IMG/VR virus record: IMGVR_UViG_3300030339_000006
DNA: 64,000 nt
Reading direction: 5' to 3' (one strand)
From: a virus
Below, piece by piece: positions 19,100 through 27,651 of the stretch; the first letter of the stretch is position 1, and every line of letters begins with the position of its first letter. Made by a program: the position numbers and the translations under genes. Below the pieces are notes generated by a model. The model was not told where the DNA came from. It was given only the letters and a program-made list of their open reading frames with translations, and did no database searches.

Positions 19100-19777
19100 A
19101 TGGAAATTACTAAAATTTATGCTGCAGTGAAAGATCTTGGGGTGGAACCGATCGTTGTTATCCCCTTGGGCGAATGCTACGGAGAGTCCTTCGGGTTCGG
19201 CCGAGTGAAGTACTCCGTCGTCTACCTGGAGTCACCAATGAAGGTGCTCTACGGTGGCGGACTGCCGAAGGCCCACTTCACGGTGGACGGGGTGGACATC
19301 AAGTTGATTCGCTACGCCGCTTTCATTCAGCATTGCCTCAGTGGCACTCAGGGTTACGCCCAGCAGTTGTTTATGAAGACCGATCACTTCAACGAGTACT
19401 GGGAGAACATCCAGGATCACCGCGATACCTTTATGAGCTCCCGCCAGACGATCCAGGAGTCGATCAACCACATCGACCACGGCCTCATGAGCCAGACCCT
19501 CCTGCTCTCCCGCCACATCCTCCGCAAGACTGAAGCCCTCCTGCAGTTCTGGGAGACGGGCGACATCGACTTCCTCTCCCTGAAAGACTGTTTAGTCCCA
19601 CCCGAAGAGATCGACGGCATGCTGAATCTGCACCGCGGTAAGCTTCGAGAGCTGCTGCACCTGTCCGAAGAGCTCGACGTGACACGTTTCGGAACTTTGG
19701 TACTTGGGCCGTATCGCGATATGTTCCAAGATAAGTGCAGGCAAACCAGTGACTTACGCGATTTTGTGACATTGTGA
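19100..19777 (+). CDS. Hypothetical protein, possibly a degenerate nucleotidyltransferase
   Basis: GGAG RBS; weak resemblance only (GESFGFG...VVYL...FIQHCLSG). Confidence 0.55.
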   Translation: MEITKIYAAVKDLGVEPIVVIPLGECYGESFGFGRVKYSVVYLESPMKVLYGGGLPKAHFTVDGVDIKLIRYAAFIQHCLSGTQGYAQQLFMKTDHFNEYWENIQDHRDTFMSSRQTIQESINHIDHGLMSQTLLLSRHILRKTEALLQFWETGDIDFLSLKDCLVPPEEIDGMLNLHRGKLRELLHLSEELDVTRFGTLVLGPYRDMFQDKCRQTSDLRDFVTL

Positions 19778-19932
19778 CATCGGAACATGGAAAAGTCACC
19801 CCTTTTAAGAACATCTTACCCCTATACATACATTACTATGGATTCAAAATAAGGTATATATAGGATACTACCTACTCGATAGGGATAAAGGGGGTGTGTG
19901 TTTAGAGACGTAGTTCCTGTCACAATGTCACA
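19765..19932. repeat. 168-bp imperfect palindromic element, copy 1
   Basis: Terminal inverted tgtgacattgtgaca / tgtcacaatgtcaca; same length as and highly similar to 59235..59402. Confidence 0.9.
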
Positions 19933-20113
19933 AGCTTGACAGATCAGCCATTTGGGCGTAACCTGTGTGACAGGACGCTCTCATGGCAAGTTGACTGTCT
20001 TTCTCATTCTCAATGTAAAATAGAATAGTCAATCATGAGTGTTGTTCTCCTTGTTAAAAACCCGAGAGGGTTCTACCGGCCTTCGGGCCGGTCAGTTTTT
20101 ACTGGAGACTCTC

Positions 20114-20470
20114 ATGCTACTGATCCTGCTGCTCATCAAACACTTTCTTTTAGATTTCCCTTTCCAAACCCCTTACATGCTCCGTAAGTCACAGCCGACT
20201 GGATGGTTCTTCCCGCTCTTCCTCCATGCTGCCGCTCACGGTGCCGCCACCTTTATACTCCTGCTGTTCTTCGCACCGACCCTGGCCATTCCTCTGGCTC
20301 TGGCGGAAGGCGTCGTACACTTCGGGATCGACTACTGGAAAGCCCAGAAAGCGAAGGCCGAGTTTGCCTCTGCGAAGTTCTGGACGTACCTGGGTCTGGA
20401 CCAATTGTTCCACAATCTGACCTACGTCGCGATTATTTTCATCGTTTCCCTTTACATGACGGGACTTTAA
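20114..20470 (+). CDS. DUF3307-family membrane protein
   Basis: HFLLDFPFQ...HAAAHG...HFGIDYWK...DQLFH. Confidence 0.85.
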   Translation: MLLILLLIKHFLLDFPFQTPYMLRKSQPTGWFFPLFLHAAAHGAATFILLLFFAPTLAIPLALAEGVVHFGIDYWKAQKAKAEFASAKFWTYLGLDQLFHNLTYVAIIFIVSLYMTGL

Positions 20471-20504
20471 GCATATGCTACTCCTAACTAAACAGGAGAA
20501 GTCT

Positions 20505-21149
20505 ATGTCAACCTTTAAATTACCTAACCGTCGTGCCGACTACGTGGATCTACGCACCCTCTTCGAAGAGTATGATCTGCCAGGACGCTTTCGAGATTGG
20601 ATTCGCCGCCAGGTAAAACCCCTGCTGGGCACTGCAATCGTAGAGTACACCAAATCGGGTGCTCCGAGAGGCCAACAGGATTACGCTCTGGCTGAACAGA
20701 ATGCTGCGGCATTGATCGCCACTCTGCCGGCCGACAAGCGGGCTCTGAAGACCGAGCCTGCGGCTGCCGCTCCAGCGAACCCGTTCCCGAACCACTTCCG
20801 CTTCCGTATCCCGGTCCACGCGATTTCCCATAACGCGATGTACGTGCCGACGAGCTTCGGTGCTCGCAAGCAGCTGCGTCGTTCTCCGGAATACAACGAG
20901 TGGGCTGAAGTAGTATCGAGCCTGGTCCCCGCTAAGCCTCGCTGGCTGAAGAAAGGCAAAGCGTGCCACGTGGCGATTAAGTTCGGTCACACCGCACCGT
21001 TTGACACCGAGAACCTGATGAAGGGCACGATCGACACGGTCTTCACGACCTGGCGTCTGAACGACAACAACATCCGTTCCGGTTCGTTCTCCTCCGAGAT
21101 CGTTCGCAGCAAAGATGATGGCTACATTGTCATTGATGTGTACCAATAA
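20505..21149 (+). CDS. AntA-like N-terminal domain fused to RusA-like resolvase domain
   Basis: LRTLFE...FRDWIRR...RGQQDYAL (AntA-like); N-x-MY...Y-x-x-W...DTENLMKGTID...ND (RusA-like). Confidence 0.65.
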   Translation: MSTFKLPNRRADYVDLRTLFEEYDLPGRFRDWIRRQVKPLLGTAIVEYTKSGAPRGQQDYALAEQNAAALIATLPADKRALKTEPAAAAPANPFPNHFRFRIPVHAISHNAMYVPTSFGARKQLRRSPEYNEWAEVVSSLVPAKPRWLKKGKACHVAIKFGHTAPFDTENLMKGTIDTVFTTWRLNDNNIRSGSFSSEIVRSKDDGYIVIDVYQ

Positions 21150-21217
21150 CGGTATAAGCAATGTGTAAACAAAAGGCTCACTTCGGTGGGCCTTTATCAT
21201 TTCTTAAGGAGAACAAA

Positions 21218-21667
21218 ATGAAATTGGCACAAGAACTGAACTTAATGGCGAACGAGACCGACCGCGTTGTTCGTAAGATCTGCACGACCCTCACCACTCG
21301 TATGTACAATAATGCACATAATGGTGGACAAGAAACACTGTACGCCTTCGCGGCCAAGACTAAAAAGGACATTAAGGACGGTGTCAAATCCTGGCTTACC
21401 GAACAAGGGTTCTCTGTCGTGATTGATGAAGATGGGGATCTGACCATCTCTTGGGATGTCCTGCGTATCCTGCTACCCGTAACCCTACTGGATCGCGTTC
21501 GTGAGCGTATCTTGGCAGCGTCGCGTTATGAGAAGAAATCGGTAACCATGAGCTTCAGCGTAGTGGAGTTCGAGGAACTTGAAGCGGCGAAGGAAGGGCT
21601 CCTCTATGATGGCTACACCGTGGATGTAGACGATGTCTTCCAGGAGATTTCCGTGTCATGGGAATAA
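21218..21667 (+). CDS. Two-domain protein (paralogue family 4)
   Basis: Two L-xxx-G[FY]-x-V...[IV]SW repeats. Confidence 0.7.
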   Translation: MKLAQELNLMANETDRVVRKICTTLTTRMYNNAHNGGQETLYAFAAKTKKDIKDGVKSWLTEQGFSVVIDEDGDLTISWDVLRILLPVTLLDRVRERILAASRYEKKSVTMSFSVVEFEELEAAKEGLLYDGYTVDVDDVFQEISVSWE

Positions 21668-21912
21668 CAGCAGAAGATCACATGATGTTCCAGTTGGCCA
21701 GCTTCGGGTTGGCCTATTGTGAACCGAAACCTCAGAAGTACCTGCCAATCAGCGATTGGCCGTACATGAAGGAGGGGCTTCGGGAGCTGACCACCCGATA
21801 CTTGGAGTCCAAGGGTTTCCAAGTAATTCCCGAAGGTTCTTCAGCGAAGGTGTTCAATCCGGAGAAAACCCGGTGGATGAAGATTAAGGAGTGGTATGAA
21901 GCTTGCCGATAA
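21658..21912 (+). CDS. Small protein (paralogue family 4)
   Basis: YLESKGFQV. Confidence 0.65.
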   Translation: MGITAEDHMMFQLASFGLAYCEPKPQKYLPISDWPYMKEGLRELTTRYLESKGFQVIPEGSSAKVFNPEKTRWMKIKEWYEACR

Positions 21913-22144
21913 AGTCCGTGCGATAGCCAACTCGACTTGTCACCTGCCGATGTATAAAGCCTGGGGTAAGATTTGCCGCAGCATAGAAGATCGGGCCCAC
22001 GACGGCCATTATGACCACCAGTATCTTATTGAGAGCACGAGTCCTTACTTTGATGCCCTCAATAAGCGCCTGGTGGATCAAGGCTTCGACGTGCGTTATG
22101 AAGGTAAAACCTTACACATTTCCTGGAGGAAGAATGAAGAATGA
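21896..22144 (+). CDS. Small protein (paralogue family 4)
   Basis: LVDQGFDV...LHISW. Confidence 0.7.
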   Translation: MKLADKVRAIANSTCHLPMYKAWGKICRSIEDRAHDGHYDHQYLIESTSPYFDALNKRLVDQGFDVRYEGKTLHISWRKNEE

Positions 22145-22430
22145 TCTGGAACAAGCCGTGCATGATGGATTCGCTATTCTTACGGCCGCTATTGCTAAAG
22201 AGCGTAGCCAAGCAGTTGTTCAACGAGAGACTGACCAGCTCATGGTCAAGGTCATGACAGAGATCGACAAGGCCACCACTAAGGGCGCCTTCCGGATTGC
22301 CATGGAGATGGCTGCTGTTCCTGCGAATGTCTGTCGGCAGGCCGTTAAGGTACTGAAGGAAAAGGGTTTTGTTACTGACGTCAACGGGGCGGTACTCCGG
22401 GTCTCTTGGGGTGGAATGGATGATGCATAA
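22134..22430 (+). CDS. Small protein (paralogue family 4)
   Basis: LKEKGFVT...LRVSW. Confidence 0.7.
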   Translation: MKNDLEQAVHDGFAILTAAIAKERSQAVVQRETDQLMVKVMTEIDKATTKGAFRIAMEMAAVPANVCRQAVKVLKEKGFVTDVNGAVLRVSWGGMDDA

Positions 22431-22809
22431 GGATCTGCATCAGTACGAAAGCCCAGAGGCCTTCTTGGTGGAGTTCATTCCATACTTGGAGGCAACGCGG
22501 GAAGAAGACTGGGTGCAGGATGTCGTGCGGCGAGGTGGGCAGAACTGTTTGATGGGGCATTTCATCAACTTCTGTGAACACGACCTGGATGATAACGTTG
22601 CACCCTCTTGGGATTGGTTCGAGCAGATGGTCGCTACACCCTACATGGTGTACCCGGTCAATGACGGTACTGACCCCGATTATCCTCAGGGCTCCGCCCG
22701 TGAACGTTGTATTGCGTTCATGAAGGATATCCTCTCTGGTACCAAACCAAATACCCTCCGGGCAATGCAAGAAGATTACGAGGAGTGGAAATGCAGAAAT
22801 CACATGTAG
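22420..22809 (+). CDS. Hypothetical protein
   Basis: CLMGH...VNDG...YPQ motifs typical of phage hypotheticals. Confidence 0.7.
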   Translation: MMHKDLHQYESPEAFLVEFIPYLEATREEDWVQDVVRRGGQNCLMGHFINFCEHDLDDNVAPSWDWFEQMVATPYMVYPVNDGTDPDYPQGSARERCIAFMKDILSGTKPNTLRAMQEDYEEWKCRNHM

Positions 22810-23057
22810 CCCTGTGCGTTAATATGGCCGTGGGCTGCCGGCCTACCGAACCGAAAGCCGAGTGGCCGCTGACCATCGGTAACCTCGACCCGTGGCTCTC
22901 AGACTACTTCATCCAGGGTAAGGACATCGGGAAGACACGGCCCTCACTGAGCGACTTAGAGTTCCGCGTGCTGCTCAACGAATCTCAGAGTCTACGCGAG
23001 AACGAAGGGCTTCGTCAGGCAATGAAAGCTCGCTTACTGTCTTATAACTATAAATAG
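22791..23057 (+). CDS. Hypothetical protein
   Basis: GGAG RBS. Confidence 0.6.
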   Translation: MQKSHVALCVNMAVGCRPTEPKAEWPLTIGNLDPWLSDYFIQGKDIGKTRPSLSDLEFRVLLNESQSLRENEGLRQAMKARLLSYNYK

Positions 23058-23060
23058 TAC

Positions 23061-23090
23061 TTGACGAGCCCTTCGGGGCTCTGATAGTAT
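23061..23090 (+). promoter_or_regulatory. Sigma70-like promoter overlapping UUCG hairpin
   Basis: TTGACG-18-TAGTAT. Confidence 0.6.
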
Positions 23091-23120
23091 CACTCTTACC
23101 TTTTTAGCTGGAGAAACACT

Positions 23121-23405
23121 ATGTTGATTACCAACCAGTATAACGCCCGAGCAAAGAAGAATTTGACCCGCAGTCAGATTGAGACGCTCCTGGGACTGTC
23201 TAAGTACACCCGAGATCGTGCCCTGAGAGCCTTTGAAGCTCTGACGGATATCTCTCTGAGTACTGCGGATTACGACCTCCTGTTGCTCGTGAAGAGTATC
23301 GTGACGGAAGTCAAGAAAGATCCTGATCCCTTTAAGATGTTCGGGAAAGATGGCAGCCGCGGTCCGTGGGTCGTAACAGATATCCCACTGCAGGCAACGT
23401 TTTAA
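23121..23405 (+). CDS. Hypothetical protein
   Basis: GGAG RBS; ends 1 nt before tRNA-Pro. Confidence 0.65.
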   Translation: MLITNQYNARAKKNLTRSQIETLLGLSKYTRDRALRAFEALTDISLSTADYDLLLLVKSIVTEVKKDPDPFKMFGKDGSRGPWVVTDIPLQATF

Positions 23406-23406
23406 T

Positions 23407-23483
23407 CTCGGTTTAGCTCAGTCTGGTAGAGCACTTGCTTTGGGAGCATGGGGTCGAAGGTTCGAGTCCTTCAGTCGAGACCA
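23407..23483 (+). tRNA. tRNA-Pro(TGG)
   Basis: Cloverleaf, GGTTCGA T-loop, encoded CCA. Confidence 0.9.
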
Positions 23484-23488
23484 AATTT

Positions 23489-23577
<89 letters not shown>

Positions 23578-23652
23578 GGGGATGTAGTTTAATTGGTAGA
23601 ACGTCTGCCTTGCACGCAGAAAACGAGGGTTCAAATCCCTACTTCTCCACCA
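23578..23652 (+). tRNA. tRNA-Ala(TGC)
   Basis: GGGG acceptor with G3-U70, CCA. Confidence 0.85.
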
Positions 23653-23692
23653 CTTCGATAGAGTCCTGGCTCTCTAAAACCGGGAGAATTTT

Positions 23693-23769
23693 GGGGCTAT
23701 AGTTTCAAACGGATAAAATACCCGCCTGTCACGCGGGAGATCCGGGTTCGATCCCCGGTAGCCTCGCCA
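23693..23769 (+). tRNA. tRNA-Asp(GTC)
   Basis: cccgc-ct-GTC-ac-gcggg arm, CCA. Confidence 0.9.
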
Positions 23770-23775
23770 TACAAT

Positions 23776-23863
23776 GGACCGATAGTTTAACGAGCCAGAG
23801 CTCGAAGGGAAACGCCCAGGCGCCAAATCTGGGAGGTGAGGTGAAAGTCCTCAGAGTCCGCCA
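23776..23863 (+). ncRNA. tRNA-like RNA (expanded D arm, CG-CCA-AA loop, TGAAAGT T-loop)
   Basis: ggac/gtcc acceptor pairs, cccagg/tctggg stem, tgagg/cctca stem, GCCA end. Confidence 0.55.
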
Positions 23864-23866
23864 AAC

Positions 23867-23947
23867 ATACCTATCGTCTAACTAGGACGCTGCTGTAGCC
23901 GCATGTGCTTCAGGGAAATGCAGGTTAGACTCCTGCTGGGTATACCA
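23867..23947 (+). ncRNA. tRNA-like RNA with elongated anticodon arm
   Basis: ataccta/tgggtat acceptor, gcagg/cctgc T stem, ACCA end. Confidence 0.6.
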
Positions 23948-23949
23948 CT

Positions 23950-24038
23950 GGAAGATTGGCTGAGCCGGTCGAAAGCAGCAGATTGCTAATCTGTAGATCC
24001 CCTGGGGTCCGTGGGTTCGAATCCCACATCTTCCTCCA
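23950..24038 (+). tRNA. tRNA-Ser(GCT)
   Basis: Long variable arm, CCA. Confidence 0.9.
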
Positions 24039-24100
24039 CACTAAGTTACTTTCTGAAATACCCCTTCCTCGTAAAATTCATTCAAGTAATGGAGGTTTCC

Positions 24101-24403
24101 ATGCGTGAATGGCTTATAAAACTCTTAGGAGGAATTGTGGACGAAAAACCTGTAAGTGAACTGACCCCGATCGTTGACTCAGCCCCGGCTGACGTACCTG
24201 CACCGGTAACGGACTTCGATAAAGTGAAGTCAGTCCTGGTACTGATCGACGCCGGTATCGACGAAGCCTATGATGACGCTCTGGCAATCGCCCAGAAAGT
24301 CGGTGGCGACGTGCAAGGCAAGCTCAAGGTGTTCCTGAACGTAGCCGGTTATGCCGTCCCTGCGTTTGACGACATCGTGGCTTTCATCAAGAAGCACGGT
24401 TAA
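24101..24403 (+). CDS. Hypothetical protein with internal duplication
   Basis: GGAGG RBS, TAAAAT upstream; DKVKSVL..AG..AYDD / GKLKVFL..AG..AFDD repeats. Confidence 0.7.
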   Translation: MREWLIKLLGGIVDEKPVSELTPIVDSAPADVPAPVTDFDKVKSVLVLIDAGIDEAYDDALAIAQKVGGDVQGKLKVFLNVAGYAVPAFDDIVAFIKKHG

Positions 24404-24463
24404 GAAAAGGCTCCTCACGGGGCCTTTTTCATGTTATCCTCCTGATTCACACAGGAGATCACC

Positions 24464-24886
24464 ATGTTAATCATTTCTGCATTCCCGGGAACGGGTAAAT
24501 CCTACTTCCACGAGAAGTTCCCTCACGTCGCCGACTCAGATTCGAGCCAGTTCGACAAACGTTACTTCCCAAGCAACTATCTCACCCACATTCAGAATCG
24601 CTACGAACGCGGTCTGTGCACCTTCGTGTCCAGTCATGAAGCTGTCCGTAAGTCGATCATTTCGTCAGGCCTTCCTTTCATGCTGGTGTACCCGGCCAAG
24701 GAATGCAAAGCGGAATACCTGGAACGTTACCGTCTTCGTGGTTCCCCACAGGCCTTCATCGATCTGATCGACGCCAACTGGGACGCGTGGCTGGATGGCT
24801 GTGCCGCTGAACAGGCAGAACACGTTGTGCTTAAGCCTGGCCAGTACCTCAGCGACGTCATCCAGTGGGGCTTCAGTTTGAAATAA
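24464..24886 (+). CDS. P-loop NTPase/kinase-like protein
   Basis: AFPGTGKS Walker A, DSDSS. Confidence 0.8.
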   Translation: MLIISAFPGTGKSYFHEKFPHVADSDSSQFDKRYFPSNYLTHIQNRYERGLCTFVSSHEAVRKSIISSGLPFMLVYPAKECKAEYLERYRLRGSPQAFIDLIDANWDAWLDGCAAEQAEHVVLKPGQYLSDVIQWGFSLK

Positions 24887-24932
24887 AAGAGTGTCTCCTG
24901 GTATAAGTAAGGTACACAACCAGGAGATCTTC

Positions 24933-25199
24933 ATGAAACTCACTCTGAAACAAAAAGGCCTTCGCCAATTCACCGTCCTGTTCCACCGTAAGAACGTCCA
25001 CTCTTTCTATCTGCCGGAAGACGAATCGCTGGCCTACGACCGTATCTACCAGATTCTCGATGAGACCGCCCCAACGCAGGACCCGGTAGACTTCTTCGAT
25101 GGCATGCATGACGCCGGCAACTCCCTGTTCCGGGCCTTCCGGGATAGACATCCGACGTCGTTCTACTGCGGGGCGGTGTGTCTCACTCTGGAGAAGTAG
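24933..25199 (+). CDS. Hypothetical protein
   Basis: GGTATAAG motif plus AGGAG RBS. Confidence 0.7.
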   Translation: MKLTLKQKGLRQFTVLFHRKNVHSFYLPEDESLAYDRIYQILDETAPTQDPVDFFDGMHDAGNSLFRAFRDRHPTSFYCGAVCLTLEK

Positions 25200-25200
25200 T

Positions 25201-25707
25201 ATGCTCGAACACCTGCTTAGTCGTCACTATGACCCCGCTCGTTACCCGACGCAGTGGATCACCGACAACCAACTCGTCGTTCCGCTCTTTGATTTCATCG
25301 GGCGGCTTCGTGGCTGCCTGACCTACACCCGAGATGCCCCGAAGGAGCACGAGAATCCCCGCTTGAAGCGGTATCTTCCTCGAGCACCGGCAGGGTATCA
25401 ACCCCTCTGGGGTACTGAACTCCCGGTGAAAACCGGAGTCGTTTTCCTGACGGAATCCATCTTCAAGTCCGCTTCGCTGCACGCCCTGGGGTATGACTCG
25501 TGGGCGGTCTGTTCGTCGGCCCTGTCGGATCCTCTCTACCAGCAGCTCATGACCCTGCCCTACCAGTTCGTCTGTCTGGGCGACGATGATAAAGCCGGTC
25601 GGGAGCTTGCCCGCTCGTTAAAGTACGGCGCCACCTCAAGGGACTTGGATGAGTTGACCGTCCCGGAGCGTCTGGCGGTGATAAAACAATTTGACTTCCT
25701 TTTTTGA
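25201..25707 (+). CDS. Small TOPRIM-domain protein
   Basis: VFLTESIFK and GDDDKAG TOPRIM motifs. Confidence 0.8.
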   Translation: MLEHLLSRHYDPARYPTQWITDNQLVVPLFDFIGRLRGCLTYTRDAPKEHENPRLKRYLPRAPAGYQPLWGTELPVKTGVVFLTESIFKSASLHALGYDSWAVCSSALSDPLYQQLMTLPYQFVCLGDDDKAGRELARSLKYGATSRDLDELTVPERLAVIKQFDFLF

Positions 25708-25719
25708 TTCCCTTAAACT
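25691..25719 (+). promoter_or_regulatory. Sigma70-like promoter for tRNA cluster
   Basis: TTGACT-17-TAAACT. Confidence 0.7.
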
Positions 25720-25728
25720 TCAGTCACT

Positions 25729-25810
25729 GGGGGATTGGCAGAGCGGTCGAATGCGCCTGACTGTAAATCAGGTATCCCACACGGTGGTTCAAATCCATCA
25801 TCCCCCACCA
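25729..25810 (+). tRNA. tRNA-Tyr(GTA)
   Basis: cctga-ct-GTA-aa-tcagg, CCA; variable region about 10 nt, unpaired. Confidence 0.85.
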
Positions 25811-25811
25811 T

Positions 25812-25886
25812 TGGAGTGTAGCCAAGCGGAAAGGCACTGGTCTCTGAAGCCGGTATGCGGTGGTTCGATCCCACCCACTCCAGCCA
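25812..25886 (+). tRNA. tRNA-Gln(CTG)
   Basis: tggagtg/cactcca acceptor, G73, CCA. Confidence 0.9.
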
Positions 25887-25888
25887 TC

Positions 25889-25974
25889 GCAGGAATGATG
25901 GAAAGTAGACATAGGCATCGTCGGATGTCTTGCCGGTTGGCATTGGGAGGTTAGAGTCCTCTCTTCCTGCACCA
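25889..25974 (+). ncRNA. tRNA-Leu-like body with non-canonical anticodon loop
   Basis: gcaggaa/ttcctgc, A73, long variable arm; anticodon arm aggcatc-gtcg-gatgtct. Confidence 0.65.
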
Positions 25975-25978
25975 CTTT

Positions 25979-26059
25979 TGAAGAAGATAGTCGGACTGGT
26001 TGCACCAGGCGGAAAATTAGCAGACATTGGGTTCGAGTCCCTACTTGCTATCTTCTTCA
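25979..26059 (+). ncRNA. Structured RNA with 12-bp terminal stem and tRNA T-arm
   Basis: tgaagaagatag/ctatcttcttca; ggg-ttcgagt-ccc. Confidence 0.5.
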
Positions 26060-26068
26060 CCTAACGAT

Positions 26069-26143
26069 TGGGGTTTAGTTTAGTTGGTAAAACACCGGGC
26101 TTTGATCCCGGTATCGGGGGTTCGATCCCCTCAACCCCTGCCA
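26069..26143 (+). tRNA. tRNA-Gln(TTG)
   Basis: ccggg-ct-TTG-at-cccgg, CCA. Confidence 0.9.
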
Positions 26144-26152
26144 CGAGGATTT

Positions 26153-26347
26153 ATGATAATCTCCCTAACCATCTTCATTTTATCGTTCATCGCTATACTT
26201 GCGGCTATCTCTGCAGGTACTTACTTTGGTATGAAGCACCAAGGATGTACTCCTCAGCAGGCTCATGTTGCGACCAAGATCGTACTGTATTCTGTGGCGA
26301 TTACTTTCATGCTCATCAACCAGTTAGGCCCTATCCACATACTGTGA
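26153..26347 (+). CDS. Small membrane protein
   Basis: GAGG RBS, two TM segments. Confidence 0.6.
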   Translation: MIISLTIFILSFIAILAAISAGTYFGMKHQGCTPQQAHVATKIVLYSVAITFMLINQLGPIHIL

Positions 26348-26354
26348 GGTTCTT

Positions 26355-26552
26355 ATGGCTATCGTCGGTTTCATCATCTGCTTTATCTTCAGTTTGATCA
26401 TCACTCTCGTCCTCCCTTTCTTCTGCGTCATCGGTGCTGCCTTCAGTGGTAAATCCGGAGAAGGCTGGTGGGCCCTTGTACCATTCGCCATCGGGTGCGG
26501 TTTACTCTACCTGACTATCGCTAATTCTCCGTTCCATATCGCCATCTCGTAA
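26355..26552 (+). CDS. Small membrane protein
   Basis: GAGG RBS, two TM segments. Confidence 0.65.
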   Translation: MAIVGFIICFIFSLIITLVLPFFCVIGAAFSGKSGEGWWALVPFAIGCGLLYLTIANSPFHIAIS

Positions 26553-26571
26553 TGGTATAAGTAATGTGAGA

Positions 26572-26647
26572 AAGACAAGTAGCTCAACTGGTTAGAGCAT
26601 AATCATACCCGATTAGTGTTGGGGGTTCGAGTCCCCCCTGTCTTAGC
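26572..26647 (+). pseudogene. Degenerate tRNA (6-nt anticodon loop, no CCA)
   Basis: Intact D arm (tagctcaactggttagagc) and T arm; taatc-ataccc-gatta. Confidence 0.55.
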
Positions 26648-26675
26648 TTTAAAATCTCCCTATTAGGAGAACTTC

Positions 26676-27452
26676 ATGGAAAAAGAATCTGGCTTCATCA
26701 TGACCGCCCTCGGTGGCCACGCCCTGCAGAACATCGCCGGGGCGAAACTCGTTAAATCAAAAAGCTTTATCACGGATACCGCCAAGCATTTGACTGCTGG
26801 AGCACTGGGGCGTAATGGCCGTAATGGTACTCTGAAGGAAGGCTTGAAGACGGCAGTGACCAGTGTCGGTGTGCCGGAAGCGGTAATGGCTCACAACCGT
26901 GCGTATGCTGCAGGACAGGGATTACACCATCGAGCCAAAGCTCTCGGGGTTAACCTGGAGAATCTTGGTCGTCGTGACGTCGCGAAAATGCGAATGGCAG
27001 CAGAAGGCCGTCTTCCGGAGAAACACCGCACACCTCTCACGGACCGAGCTCGAGATCTCTTGAAGGGTAATCACCTTCCGAAGAAGACGTTGAAGGCCGG
27101 GCACATTAAGGAGATTATGAAGCGTCCTGCAGGTAACCTTAAGCCCCACAGCACCAAGGCAATCGTCGCTGGGAACGCCGTAGCGTCGGTAGCAGAACCG
27201 GGAATCGGGGTGTTAAACGCCGCTAAGTTTGCGACGGAGCACAAGGGCTTCCAGAAAACCCGAGTGGGTAAATACATCGAGCACAACTTCGTGCACAAAC
27301 CGTTGACCGACGCCTTTAAGAAAGGTGCGACAGGCCAGGCGGTGAATAAGGCGAAGGAGTTGGGCTACAAATATGGCGTCAACGGGGCCGTTGGTGAAGC
27401 AATCTCACAGGCTCATAAGGCCGGGGCTAAAGCAGTCGGGAGAGTAAAATGA
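26676..27452 (+). CDS. Basic Lys/Ala/Gly-rich protein (KEA-type family)
   Basis: Starts MEKES; TAAAAT and AGGAG upstream. Confidence 0.8.
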   Translation: MEKESGFIMTALGGHALQNIAGAKLVKSKSFITDTAKHLTAGALGRNGRNGTLKEGLKTAVTSVGVPEAVMAHNRAYAAGQGLHHRAKALGVNLENLGRRDVAKMRMAAEGRLPEKHRTPLTDRARDLLKGNHLPKKTLKAGHIKEIMKRPAGNLKPHSTKAIVAGNAVASVAEPGIGVLNAAKFATEHKGFQKTRVGKYIEHNFVHKPLTDAFKKGATGQAVNKAKELGYKYGVNGAVGEAISQAHKAGAKAVGRVK

Positions 27453-27504
27453 CAGGCATCGGGATTATCGCAGTAGCCATCATCATCGTCTGGTGGTGGA
27501 ATCG

Positions 27505-27651
27505 ATGAGCTACGAACATAAACGTGGTGACATCAAGGAGAGCGCCGTAAAGGCGCTACTCTTCGACCCTCTTTTTAGACAGCGAATTGTGGTGGCTAAG
27601 AAGGGGAAGGGGTCCTATCGCCGTGTCAAAGCGGCAAAGGCTTACCCATAA
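27505..27651 (+). CDS. arfA: Alternative ribosome-rescue factor A
   Basis: Manually translated [48 protein letters not shown]; ArfA signatures DPLFRQR and KKGKGSY. Confidence 0.9.
   Translation: MSYEHKRGDIKESAVKALLFDPLFRQRIVVAKKGKGSYRRVKAAKAYP

Noticed and set aside
23655-23690. Second suppressor tRNA (ctctaaa in spacer)
   Set aside because: Only a short hairpin, with no D arm, T arm or acceptor stem.
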